A DNA stretch of 64,000 nucleotides from Eledone cirrhosa (Eukaryota): positions 31,062,001 to 31,126,000 of the forward strand of contig OZ024742.1 of NCBI GenBank assembly GCA_964016885.1. Direction: 5' to 3'. The translations under genes and the position numbers were made by a program. Shown piece after piece: positions 30,814-45,953 of the stretch. The notes below the pieces were generated by a model. It worked only from the letters and a program-made list of their open reading frames with translations, was not told the DNA's origin and did not search any database. Each line of letters starts with the position of its first letter. Position 1 is the stretch's first letter.

Positions 30814-33260
30814 ATGGAAAAACAATACTTGGGAACTTCTTTAAAGAATATACTATTACCTTCTAAGGATGATTTCTTACTTCTTATGATACAAAAAAAA
30901 CAACCAATTTATCAGAAGAATCAGATGGAGGACCTACCACTTCGATAAAAAAACAAAATGTACAGATAGGAAATATTTGTATGATTTCACTACATATAAA
31001 AATCCACCACACAACTCCTTACTTGAAAACTTTGAGAAAGACCTTTTTAATTTAATCAAACACCTCAAATTTAAGAGGTATAAATCTAATTTTCAAAAGG
31101 ACCTTGATTCTACCCTTATTGGACCTAAAAAAATCTAAAAAAATCCATGTCCAGTCGGACAAAACTGGAAATCTATATCACATGGATATTGAAAATTACA
31201 ATGAGTTCATATATAAAGAACTCAGGAAAAATTATAGAAAAACAAATAATGCGTCACTTACCAACAAAACACACAACATAGTGAATAGACTTAATATTGA
31301 AGATAGAACTGAACCTCTGGCATTGAAAAGACCACATTTCAACCTGAAAGATCTTAAATCTAACTTTAACTCTAATCCTTCTATAAGGCTTATATGCCCT
31401 TCCAAATCTGATATTGGAATAATTAGTAAACAAATTTTAGATAGAGTCATCCCACAACTAAGAAAACATGTTAATTTACCACTCTGGGAAAACACATCCC
31501 AGGTAATTAACTGGTTTAATAATATTAGAAATAAATCCTCTGCTTCATTTCTACAATTTGATATAGATAATTATTATTCTTCTATATCACCTATACTCCT
31601 GAACAAAGCCTTGATATTTGCTAAAAATAGATCTAACTTAACTTTGGATGACATTAATATTATTACACATGCTAGACTAACACTATTGGAATTTCAGAAT
31701 GAATACTGGACCAGAAACACATATAGTAATCTATTCGATATTACTATGGGCTCAAGCGATTCTGCCCAAATTACTGATCTTGTGGGCCTCTTTCTTCTTT
31801 TTAACATAAATGCTTCTTTTCCCCACCTTAAAGGTGGTTTATATCGTGACGACTATCTTCTTCTTTCCAATAACCTTAGCCTCTCAGAGATAGAAAAAAA
31901 TAAAAAGCTTATTAGAACTTTCCTCAAAGACTATTATAGTCTAGATATTACATTTGAAAACACAAGTAAAGTAGTTAATTTCCTAGATATAACATTAGAC
32001 TTATCTACTGGTATCTACCAACCTTACCATAAACCCAACCAAAATTTACACTACATACACTCACAATCTAATCACCCTAAATCTATCCTTAAAAACCTTG
32101 CATATAATATATCACTTAGAATTTCTAACCTTTCGTCTAACCAAGATGTATTTAATAAAAATGCGACCTTTTATAACGAAGCTCTAGCTAGAAGTGGCCA
32201 CAAAAATAGATTAGTATATATACCTTCTACCAATAACACTACAAACATACAACCTAATATTACCAACAAACACCAAATGAAACATACACACCTAAATGCC
32301 ACTCACACTATACCCCAAAACACCAACATAAAACCAAATTTTTCTAACTCTTCTAATATACAGTATAGTAACTCTCAAAAAACTACTCATCCTACAACTC
32401 TAATAAATGTTAATAATAAAACTCCTAATAAACAAGCTAAAACACCTAAATCAATAAATCTAACTAAAAATGTGTGTGGTGAGGTCATTAACAATAATTC
32501 TCTTAATAAACATCAGGATGCATCCTATAAAAACAATAAACAACATCGAAACCGTAATAGACGAGTTACTTGGTACAATGCTCCATTTAATTTACAAATT
32601 AAGGATAATATACCTAAAAAATTCTTTAATATCCTAGAGAAAAACTTCCCGCCAAACCACAAATACAATCAAATCTTAAATAGATCAACGGTTAAATTCT
32701 CCTACTCAACAACCAAAAACATAAAACAAAATATAAGTGCCTATAATGCATATAAATGTAAAAAAACCATGAGTATACCACCAGTACATCAAACTAACCA
32801 TAATATCTCCTCAGATACAGGATTCACGAAAAGTTGTAACTGTAGAAACAAGGCAAACTGTCCATTAAAAGGAAATTGCCTTGTTAATAACATAGTATAT
32901 AAATGTAAAGTTAACACTAAGGACTCAATTTATTCATATATAGGAGCTACCTCTAACAAATTTAAGGTAAGATTTAATACCCACAAACATAGTTTTAAAA
33001 ATGCCGCACTAGCTAATACAACATCTCTAGCTGAAATAATAAATAGTTATAGAAAGAGGAATATAGAATATGACCTGACCTGGAGTGTGCTCAAAAGGGC
33101 CACCCCTTATCAAAATAGTAGAAATGAATGTAGATTATGTTCCCAAGAACTTTTTGAAATAATGAAATCTAAGGATATCCTATTAAATAAGCGACAGGAA
33201 TTAATAATATCGTGTAATCATAAACTGAGAAAAACCTTTAAATATTATAAACCTAATTAA
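30814..33260 (+). pseudogene. PLE reverse transcriptase plus GIY-YIG endonuclease; two frameshifts in the N-terminal region, open from 31104 to 33260
   Basis: ATG at 30814 gives MEKQYLGTSLKNI, with FIRRIRW in a shifted frame. RT motifs are QFDIDNYYSSI, FDITMGSSD and GLYRDD. The C-terminus has CNCRNKANCPLKGNC, IVY..YIG and CRLC..E...LLNKR. The extra bases are in A8 (~30900) and CCC (~31113). Confidence 0.9.
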
Positions 33261-33465
33261 TATACACTTTAGAAATTAATTTATAAATTATTTTTAATTT
33301 AGTTAACCTATAATTAATATTCTACTACTGATGAACTACATAATTCTGCTTTAAAAATTATAAACCTAATTAATATGCACTTTTGAAATTAATATATAAA
33401 CTATTTTTAATTTAGTTAACCTATAATTAATATTCTACTACTGATGAACTACATAATTTTGCTTT
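33245..33465. repeat. ~112-bp tandem duplication spanning the PLE stop codon
   Basis: ATTATAAACCTAATTAATAT...CTACTGATGAACTACATAATT.TGCTTT occurs twice. Confidence 0.85.
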
Positions 33466-33591
33466 CCTTCTTACAAATATCATTTCCTAAAACTGATACC
33501 ATTAAGTAAACATATATAATGCTTTAACTTCAGGTTATGACTCTATGTTCCTTGAAAACTATATATATTTACTATTTCTCACTAATAAATT

Positions 33592-33680
33592 TAATCCCCC
33601 GCCCAATAATTATATGTATATATAAGTGTATATGTGTGTGTATATGTATGTGTATGTATGTATATGTGCATGTATATATC

Positions 33681-33743
<63 letters not shown>

Positions 33744-33829
33744 ATATATATGTATATGTATATATATATAAATGTGTGTATGTGTGTATGTGTATGTGTA
33801 TATATATGTATATATATGTATATATATAA

Positions 33830-33901
<72 letters not shown>

Positions 33902-34916
33902 ATGTGTATATATATGTATATATATATATGTATAAGTATATATATATATATATTATTTTTATATTCTTTTAATTTCCCCTCATCTTTAACAGCACTTTTC
34001 AACTGCATCTAACTCTTATTTATCATATCTATATGTATTAGTATAATTTTATCAATATAAATATACCCATCAATTAAATTAATTTATATTCTTTTCATAG
34101 ATGTATTTTTTTCACTAACATTCTTATCTTAAAACTTTAGTCACCTTAGATATTTGTATTGGCATTACTACTTTATAACAGCAACTGCTTGTATACCTTT
34201 TACTGACCACCTGACCTATTTTCACCCCTAAAATAAGCTTCAATTACTACTACTTTACCATTTGGCCAATTATTAACTTTCTATTGGTTAATTCTAAACC
34301 TCTTACCAAACAGACAGAATATATTAGATCTTTGTTGGTTTTATTCAATGAAAAAATAAAATTATTTCTGTGGTCAGCATAAGACCTATTTCTTCCCTAA
34401 AATAATCCTTCATTCATAATATTCTTTTCCATCCAAAACTGAAATCTACCTTCCTCTACCCATAATTTAAGGTTCTTCTACTACTATATTACTATCCTGA
34501 CCCTCACTATCTCTCTATTGGTCAATTCAAAACCTGTTCCCAAACAGACCTATTGTATTGAGTCTTTGTTTTTTTCAATAAACAAATATCATTATTTCTG
34601 AAGACAGCATATATATGTGTAGGTATGTATATTCCCTCTGATAGTTTGTATAAATATTGTACATAGATCTATAGAATATGCATACCAACTCTAACACATA
34701 TATATCCTAGAAACGATCGTAAAATGATGAATTTTTTTAATATAAGGAACTGTTTCTTTGTTTATTCATTATTTTATTAATTTATCTTGACTCTGTTTTC
34801 CGTTTATTTTTCACCGGAAGTAATTTTTGAATGCATCTTCTCTTTTCATGATATCCGGATTACATTGAGTTCTTCATACGGATTGGACACTACCGTAAAC
34901 TTTTGGTAGATTTATC
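33592..34916 (+). repeat. Downstream pLTR
   Basis: Direct repeat of 29346-30663. Confidence 0.9.
34589..34730 (+). ncRNA. Type I hammerhead ribozyme with long stem II (downstream pLTR)
   Basis: Same 142-nt motif as 30335-30476; CTGAAGA at 34598-34604 and GAAACGATCGTA at 34710-34721. Confidence 0.8.
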
Positions 34917-34968
34917 CATATATATATTTATATATATTTATACACACACACATATATATATATATGTA

Positions 34969-35085
<117 letters not shown>

Positions 35086-35230
35086 TTGTATAAGTGTGTG
35101 TACATCATGCTTACACATATACGCAAGAACCATCCTTGGCACGCGCTCCCACATGCACACCTTCTCTATTCATAACAATAGAAATACAAATCGCATGAAT
35201 TTCAGACTAAAAATATGGATTGTAACTGAG

Positions 35231-36023
35231 CAAACACATACACATACACAAACACAAACACAAACACAAACACATACACAAACACAAACACATACACAAA
35301 CACAAACACAAACACATACACAAACACAAACACATACACAAACACATACACATACACAAACACAAACACATACACAAACACATACACAAACACAAACACA
35401 TACACAAACACAAACACAAACACATACACATACACAAAGACAAACACATACACAAACACAAACACATACACAAACACATACACAAACACAAACACATACA
35501 CAAACACAAACACAAACACAAACACATACACATACACAAACACAAACACATACACAGACACAAACACATACACAAACACATACACAAACACAAACACATA
35601 CACAAACACATACACAAACACAAACACATACACAAACACAAACACAAACACATACACATACACAAACACAAACACATACACAAACACATACACAAACACA
35701 AACACATACACATACACAAACACAAACACATACACATACACATACACAAACACAAACACATACACAAACACAAACACATACACAAACACATACACAAACA
35801 CAAACACATACACAAACACAAACACATACACAAACACATACACAAACACAAACACATACACAAACACAAACACATACACAAACACATACACAAACACAAA
35901 CACATACACAAACACAAACACATACACAAACACATACACAAACACATACACAAACACAAACACATACACAAACACATACACAAACACAAACACATACACA
36001 AACACATACACAAACACATACAC
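35231..36023. repeat. Hexanucleotide (ACACAA/ACACAT)n array
   Basis: Seen directly; it produces the TQ/TH pseudo-ORF. Confidence 0.95.
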
Positions 36024-36357
36024 ATGCTTACATACCCAACGCTTACATACTCATCATAAGTGCTCATGCATGTACACACATATAATAATTCTCTTTGTTT
36101 TAAAGGAGTGGGTGAGAGAAAGAATGCATTGTTCTTCCTTATAGCTTTCACTTGTCAGGCGGAACATCTCTATCAACAATAGACAACAATAAACGTATAT
36201 ACATACTAATATCATTTGCACTTCCTCTTTCTTTTTTGTTCTCTGTTCATTTATTAAACTATATATATATATAGAAGATCCCGTTAAGGGTGAAAGTAGC
36301 GATTCTTTGCTTAAACTTTAATCTGTTATTTTAATAAATATATATATATATATATAT

Positions 36358-37295
36358 AGCAGTTGGAAGGGAGAGGACTGAGAGTGAACCTAGCTAAGAC
36401 AAAAGTGTTGATGAGTAGAAAAGAGGACAAAACTCTGATTCCGCCAGGGAAATGGCCATGTTCGATATGTAGAAAAGAACTGGCATAAATTCTATAAAAT
36501 GCACACAATGCAGATCCTGGGTCCACAAGAGATGTAGCGGGATAGCAGGCAAACTAACAGGTAGGGGGAAATATGTATGCAGTAGATGTACAGGGAAATT
36601 AGACAGTAGAAGTCGCATTGATAGACACATTTTTCAAATGCAGGCGGGTGCTATAGAAGTGGTGGATAGCTTCCGGTACCTAGGAGATCAGATTAGCATG
36701 GGAGGGGGGGGGGTGTTCCGAGGCCATAGTATCTAGAATAAGGACGGGTTGGAAGAAGTTTAGGGAGCTGCTTCCTCTGCTGACGAAGAAGGGTTTCTCC
36801 CTGCGTACGAAAGGCCGGTTATATGATGCCTGTGTGAGGAGCGCGATGTTGCATGGTAGTGAGACATGGGCAGCAACTGCAGAGGATATGCGACGGCTGG
36901 AGAGAAATGAGGCAAGCATGCTCCGTTGGATGTGCAGTGTAAATGTGCATGAACGACCCAGCATGAATGTGTTGAGAGAGAAACTGTGTCTGAGAGGGAT
37001 AGAATGTAATGTACGGGAGAGGAGACTGAGGTGGTATGGACATGTGATGCGCATGGAGGATGATCGATTGGTTAAGAAGTGCCAGGAAATGCCAGTTGAA
37101 GGAAGACGTGGTAGAGGTAGACCACGAAAAACATGAGCAGAGGTGGTGAGAACAGACCTCAGATCATTGAAGCTCACGGTGGAGATGACGAAGGACTGTG
37201 ACAAGTGGAGAGATGCTGTGCTGAATAAGACCCGTCCCACCCTTGCAAGCAGGGAAGAGCGGACGTAAAATGATGATGATGATGATGGTGATGAT
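36358..37295 (+). mobile_element. 5'-truncated RTE-clade LINE 3' fragment with PHD finger and (GAT)n tail, frameshifted
   Basis: GLRVNLAKTKVL; CSIC..NSIKCTQCRSWVHKRCSG..CSRC; VDSFRYLGD; LHGSETW; RRLRWYGHVMRM; GRRGRGRPRKT; tail GGACGTAAAATGATGATGAT. Confidence 0.88.
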
Positions 37296-37589
37296 ATATA
37301 TATAAGTAGAAGGGGTATTTAATTTGTTGGAAGTCCGACAAATATATATGTTTATAACTGATTTAGAGCACTCAACAGATTAGTGGAGTAAATATTCAAT
37401 GATATTAAATAAATGGAAACTATATTTATAAAACCTTATTTATTGTATATATATATATATATATATATATACGCATATATATATATATATATTTTTTTTT
37501 TACGTTTTTTTAATTTTTATTTGTTCTCCTTCCCCCTTTTTTCTAAATGTATTTCCACACACTCTCTGAGCTCTCTTCCTAACCTATTT

Positions 37590-37622
37590 ACTCCTGAAGA
37601 AGGGCTTATGCCCGAAACGCCC
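37590..37622 (+). ncRNA. Hammerhead-core relic
   Basis: CTGAAGA-A-GGGC ttat GCCC-GAAAC. The cleavage triplet and stem I are not intact. Confidence 0.4.
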
Positions 37623-37993
37623 CCTCCCCACTCTCAAAAGCGTGAACCTAATAAACCTTTATTTGTCTGCCTCTCTGTTTTGTTCCCGTATAAATTTGCA
37701 CTATATATATATATACGTATATATATATATATATTATATATACAATATACATATACAATATATTTATACAATATATACAATATATACAATATATACAATA
37801 TATTTATATATTTGTATATATATATATATGTGTGTGTGTGTGTGCATGTCTATGTGTGTGTGACTGAATGTCTGTAAGTGTGTGTATCTATATTCTTTCA
37901 TATAGACACAAAAGTATGTATACACAACCACCAATGCCGATTTACAAAAACAAATGTATATATGTATAAAATTAATTATATACAATATGCTTG

Positions 37994-38032
<39 letters not shown>

Positions 38033-38035
38033 AAA

Positions 38036-38119
<84 letters not shown>

Positions 38120-38199
38120 GCGCGCGCATATGTGTGTGTGAGCGTCTGTGTGTATTTAATCTCGGGGGACTAAATATACGCTACTGAAACATATTGTAT

Positions 38200-39130
38200 A
38201 TGATTTCCATATGTATTTGGGAACAAAACAAATGGAATTCTCGTTTATCAGTGGAAATAAGTTCTGTAGTGAGTGTGAGAGAAAGATGCACAGAAGGAAA
38301 ATGGGCTGAATCAAGATTTTAATGAATGAATAACTGCACACTTCGTTAAGGGAAAAGACGTTGGAAAAATAGGGTCATTTACCATACGGATTAATAGGCA
38401 AAGTTATAAACTATTGTAAGTAAATAGTAGTCCGTGTACAAAAAATAGTTACGTTGATTAAATCATTAAGGGAAACTGATAAATGACAAGGCGATTAATA
38501 AATTAGAGTAAGTTGGTCTGAATAAGTGAACATGCTAGACAACAACATGACGGTAACATAGACAACATAGAAATTAGAATAATATCTAAACATAGGAATG
38601 ACCCAGCAGATAGGCAAATCAGAGAGGCCAGTGAAATAGAAATTAGAAGACCAAAGCTAAACAGAAAGAATGAGTGGAACAACAACAACACCCAAACAAA
38701 CAACACTGACCTAAGAGAAGTATAAATAAGTAAATAAAATAAAATAAAATAAAATAAGATAAATAAATACATACACAAGCACAATAACAACAAGCACATA
38801 AACACACACTAGTCACCCAGCAGACACAACACTATACACACTAGTCACACAGCACACATAACACTATACACACACGCAAACGCATGCGCAAAGAAGACAA
38901 AATAAAATAAACAAACAAGCAAATAAATAAATAAATATATAGACAGACTGAATAAAAAATGGCGTAGACATACAACACAACAGGAGGAAAAAATATAACA
39001 CCACTGACGATGTTGCAGATGTGCAACGAAAGATTTATGTAAATTATGTAAACTATATATATGTGTTTGTGTCTATATTGTATCTGTATCATTTTTGACC
39101 GTCGGCCAGTCAATGGCAACATTGAGGACC
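38200..39130 (+). mobile_element. Decayed PLE 3' fragment: GIY-YIG remnant plus pLTR with a hammerhead-like motif
   Basis: 38522-38678 translates to ISEHARQQHDGNIDNIEIRIISKHRNDPADRQIREASEIEIRRPKLNRKNEW. CTGACGA-T-GTTGCA gatg TGCAAC-GAAA lies at 39004-39031. Confidence 0.7.
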
Positions 39131-39305
39131 GAGTAAGTTAGATCGCAGATATAAAAGACAGCGAGAAGCGAAAACCAACCAAACAGTGAGTGTGTTCTGT
39201 TATTAATTCTGGCAATATTACACAAATATGACTCTCCCCAAGTATAACAATATCTGTTTCGACACACGATTTCATATAAAAAACCTCCCTAAACTATATA
39301 TATAT

Positions 39306-39358
39306 ATTATCATCATCGTTTAACGTCTATCTTCCACGCTAGCATGGGTTAGACGGCA
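39306..39358 (-). mobile_element. Isolated RTE-type 3' tail (extremely truncated LINE or RTE-partner SINE)
   Basis: Minus strand CCGTCTAACCCATGCTAGCGTGGAAGATAGACGTTAAACGATGATGAT is similar to the tail at 37232-37280. Confidence 0.6.
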
Positions 39359-39884
39359 GAAAAGGTAAAGGAAAGAAGAACGCTCTATGAATTGTTCAGA
39401 GCTATTTAATTACATAATAAACAACACAAACGGGCTAGACGTTTCTGTAAGAATTGTCTAGTTTCTTGAAACCTTTGGTAATGGAATAATTATATTATGC
39501 TGTTTATTATGGAATTGAAAATATATATATATAAGCATATGCTTCCAGTTCCTTAGATGACTAACAACACACCCAGGAGCTGGGCATACCAACAAATTAA
39601 CAAATTCATTACGACATCATGTTTTCCTGTTTTTTCTGTTTAAATTCTTACTGCCCGAGGAGGTCATAGCTGTTGAATAATGGCTATCATAAAAATATAT
39701 ATATAGCAGCGAATGTGAATAAACGAAAGTAATTTTACCCTGTTGACTTACACTTCTTATTTTTACATTACTCCGGAGTAAACCAACCAACCTGCGCACT
39801 TCGTTGAGTGCTCCAACCTGCATACTGAGGTGTAGGTAAACAACCAACACATACTCAAAATTATATATATATATATATATATAT

Positions 39885-40287
39885 CCATGTCTGATGATCA
39901 GTGCCAACATGTGTATTGAAGTCTCCCATCAGGATATATGACTCAGTCTTAACTACATCAAACGCTGCAGTGACTTCATCAAGGAAGGACCTGTATTCAG
40001 ACTCTTTGTTTCGTGCATAAACTTGCACCTCCCACAGAGACCTATCTTTTAGCCTAAGCAAATCCTCTCTCCTAATGGTCTCCTATCATTAGCACACTTT
40101 GCCAGCCAGGGGCTTGTGAGTATCCCCACTCCTGTGTGCGCTGTCATTTCTGGCGCCACACCTGAATAGTGGAGTTTCTATCCTCCATCAAAATCTACAG
40201 TACCAGAGTCACGGAACTTTGTTAAGGAAACCTCGACTATATCTAGCCAGTAGCATCTGGCCTCCTTCCCTAGATCCTGGTCCTTAT
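39885..40287 (-). pseudogene. APE endonuclease fragment of an RTE-like LINE
   Basis: LDIVEVSLTK..GG*KLHYSG..GVGIL..QVYA..ILMGDFNTHVG motifs; bounded by microsatellites. Confidence 0.8.
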
Positions 40288-40317
40288 ACACACACAGACA
40301 CACACACACGCACGCAC

Positions 40318-40407
<90 letters not shown>

Positions 40408-40728
40408 GAAGTAAAGATCAAATTGATCGAAGGCAATCCATACATTCCATACTCACTGTATCAATCATCTGCCCACTGCACACCCACACCCCACTGCACT
40501 ACACCACAGAAACATCCCACTGCACACACACCCTACTTCACACATACACCTACTGCATCACTGCACACACCACCCCACTGCACGCACCCACTCATTGCAC
40601 GCACCCACCTTCGCACATATTAACTCATCTGAACGCACCCATATATTTCTAGATATTTATGTGTGCACACGCATAAATACATATTAATACATAAATATCA
40701 CACACACACACACACACATATACACACA

Positions 40729-40795
<67 letters not shown>

Positions 40796-41065
40796 ATATT
40801 ATATATATATACATATGCATATAAATATATATATATGTATATATGTATATATATATATGTGTATGCATGTAAACACACACACACAGACATATATACTCAT
40901 ATAAATGTACATGTATATGTTTGTGTATATATATATATATACATGTGTGTGTGTGTGTGTGTGTGTATATACATATATATATATACAAATATATATACAT
41001 GCATATATATGTACATATATATATATAAATATACACATATATACGTATATGTATATATATATATA

Positions 41066-42741
41066 GGGAGGAAGAGAAGGTGTTCGAGTCAGATCCAGGG
41101 AACGGGCCCGAGGATAGGAAGAGGAAATGGCTAGACCATTTTAGGACCCTACTAGGAGAGCCACCCTCCACAGCCCAGAGCACTGGGGAGATCAGGCGGC
41201 TCTTTGAGGAACTGGATATTGAGACAGAGCCCTTCACCAGAGAGGAGCTTCAGAGAGCCAAGAAGAGGATCAAGGAGGGCAAGGCTCAAGGAAAAGATGG
41301 AGTGGCATCAGAGGTGATGAAGAGGTGTGATTTTAATGATATCATCCTGGGGTTCTGTAACCAGGCATTGGAGAAAGGAGTTGCCCCGAATCAGTGGAGG
41401 ATCAGTAACATCGTCCCAGTGCCAAAGAAGGGAGATCTCTCTAACACCAACAACTACAGGGGGATCTCACTGACGTCACTTGTGGCAAAGACCCTCAACA
41501 GGATGATTCTTAACAGGATCCAGCCTGAGATGGAGAAGAAGCTCAGGGACAACCAGAACGGCTTCAGAGAGGGAAGATCAACCACCAGTCACATCCTGAT
41601 GCTGAGGAGGATATTAGAGGGAGCTAGAGCAAAGTGCCTTCCTGCGGTCATGGTTTTCATCGACTTTAGGAAAGCCTTTGATTCTGTGGACCGTCTCTGC
41701 CTGATGAAGATCTTACAGGCTTATGGAATCCCCAAGAAGATAGTGGACCTGATATCACTGCTCTACACCAACACCAAAGCCCAAGTCATTACACCTGATG
41801 GGATGACAGAGTTCTTTGAGATACTGGCTGGAGTGCTCCAGGGAGATACATTGGCTCCCTACCTTTTTATCATCGTAGTGGACTATTGTATGCGCCTTGC
41901 ACTGGAGAAACACCAGGACTCTGGCTTTACTGTAGCACTGGCTCAGAGCAGGAGAGTTAAGGCGATAAAGGTATCAGATGCTGAATTTACCGACGACATA
42001 GTTTTGGTGACAAATACAGTGAAGGAGGCAGAGGATTTGATGCAGGAGGTTGAGACTGTGTCGATGAGTGTGGGGCTGAGAATGAATTAGACTAAAACAA
42101 AATATCTGGTAGAGAATGTTGAGAAGCTAGAGGGGATCACTAATGTAGGCGGGAAGCCGCTAGAATTGGTTGAGGACTTCCTGTATTTGGGAGCAAAGAT
42201 TGGGAATGCGGAAGATGATGTGGTTGAGAGGAAGAGCAAAGCCTGGGCGGCGTGCCACAGCTTGAGATCGGTGTGGAAGTCGGACCTTCGTAAAGACCTG
42301 AAAATCCGCCTCTTCATTGCTGTAGTCCACTACTGTGCTGCTGTACGGGTTTGAGACTTGGACACTGACCAAGAAACTCACTCAGATGGTGGATGGGTGC
42401 TACACGAGAATGCCGAGGAAGGCTCTGAACATTAATCAGTATACACTGAGGATGAAAAACTCAGAGCTGTATCGGAGCCTCCCAAAAGTCAGCTCAAAAG
42501 TGACACAGAGGAGACTGAGGTTAGCTGGACATGCTCACCGACATCCAGAGTTGACATTGCACTCAGTGCTCCTGTGGGAGCTCCTACATGGACACACTGG
42601 AAGAGGAAGACCAAGGTTAACGTATGTTGATGCCCTAAGGACAGACACTGGTCTGTTGGAGACGCAGGACATGGCAGCGATAATGAGGGACAGAGAGCGC
42701 TGGAGAGAACTCATCCATGGATCTCGGGAATTTTACCCGCG

Positions 42742-42742
<1 letters not shown>
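41066..42742 (+). mobile_element. 5'-truncated non-LTR retrotransposon (RTE-like) RT and C-terminus, inactivated
   Basis: [72 protein letters not shown]. It has a stop at 42088 and a frameshift near 42330, with (TA)n on both sides. Confidence 0.9.
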
Positions 42743-42813
<71 letters not shown>

Positions 42814-42824
42814 GTATGTATATA

Positions 42825-42889
<65 letters not shown>

Positions 42890-43004
42890 ATTCTCCCACA
42901 TCCGGATTTTTACTGTACACATTGACTTCTAACTGTCCTGCTTAGACAATAGAAGGTACAAAATTCTTGTTATTCTAGAAGGGTCTGTAAAGGGCAAGGG
43001 CGTT

Positions 43005-44972
<1,968 letters not shown>

Positions 44973-45091
44973 TCTGTACTTATAATATGCTCTACGGGTT
45001 TTTATTTATACATAAATTTTATATATATATAATTCTTACCGAGCCCTCTTCGGATTTTAGTCTTCACATTTATTATTACTCTCTCTCTCTC

Positions 45092-45170
<79 letters not shown>

Positions 45171-45321
45171 ATAGATATTCTGTTTATAATGCGCCGAAAC
45201 ATCCATGATCTGTAGTAAACAGCTGACGAAGGGAAACTGTCCATCTCTTGTTTGTGTCGCCTTACCTTCTAACACTCGTTATCAGTAACCACACAGCCTC
45301 GCCTTCCTCAATCCATATTTT

Positions 45322-45366
<45 letters not shown>

Positions 45367-45953
45367 GTATATATAAACATCCCTTGTTCCTTACGACTTG
45401 ATTATTTCCGTCCAATCCACATTGTTGTGGCTTTCAAACTTCGAATTCTTTATAGCATATATTTACAATGCTTCAACTTAGTCATATATCCTTCACTTGG
45501 GACATATGTCGAAACCAATCCTGACCTTGTACTAACTGTTATACGTAGTCCTTCCTTCCCAAAATGTCATCCACCTGGAATTCTTTCCTTCGTCTATGTT
45601 TTCCTCCCAGCCGTGATCTTACAGTTGTTTGAGAAGGTGTTACCTGTCATTGACAGCCAATGTTTAAAGGTATCATACTGCCTAAAGGTATTGTCACACC
45701 TGTGAATTGTAAAGAATACGGAATAATATTTGGAAGGTCCAAATGAGAGGTGGGCGCTACCGCCCCTCTGGGGGCGTTGAGAAACTCCAAGGAGGAACAG
45801 GGAGGACAGGACGGTAGAGGTGATATATAGTATATTAAATATCAAATGATATTTTATATATAAATATAGTGAAATAAAAAATATATAATATTCATTTATA
45901 CATAGTATATATTATTTTATTTATTATATATAAATTAACGATTTTATTTATTA

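Larger units (their letters stand above)
29293..34916 (+). mobile_element. Near-complete Penelope-like element (Naiad-type): short inverted 5' piece, pLTR, RT/GIY-YIG ORF, pLTR
   Basis: Direct ~1.32-kb repeats at 29346-30663 and 33592-34916 flank an RT-GIY-YIG ORF. 29293-29348 is an inverted copy of 29716-29770. The 3' end abuts (TA)n. Confidence 0.92.

Noticed and set aside
33320-33460. CTGATGA motifs after the PLE stop codon as a hammerhead or SECIS
   Set aside because: There is no stem II or GAAA partner, and the ORF has no in-frame UGA.
45190-45245. GCCGAAAC ... CAGCTGACGAAGGGAAAC as a hammerhead
   Set aside because: Core words are present but I could not build consistent stems; at most a fragment.
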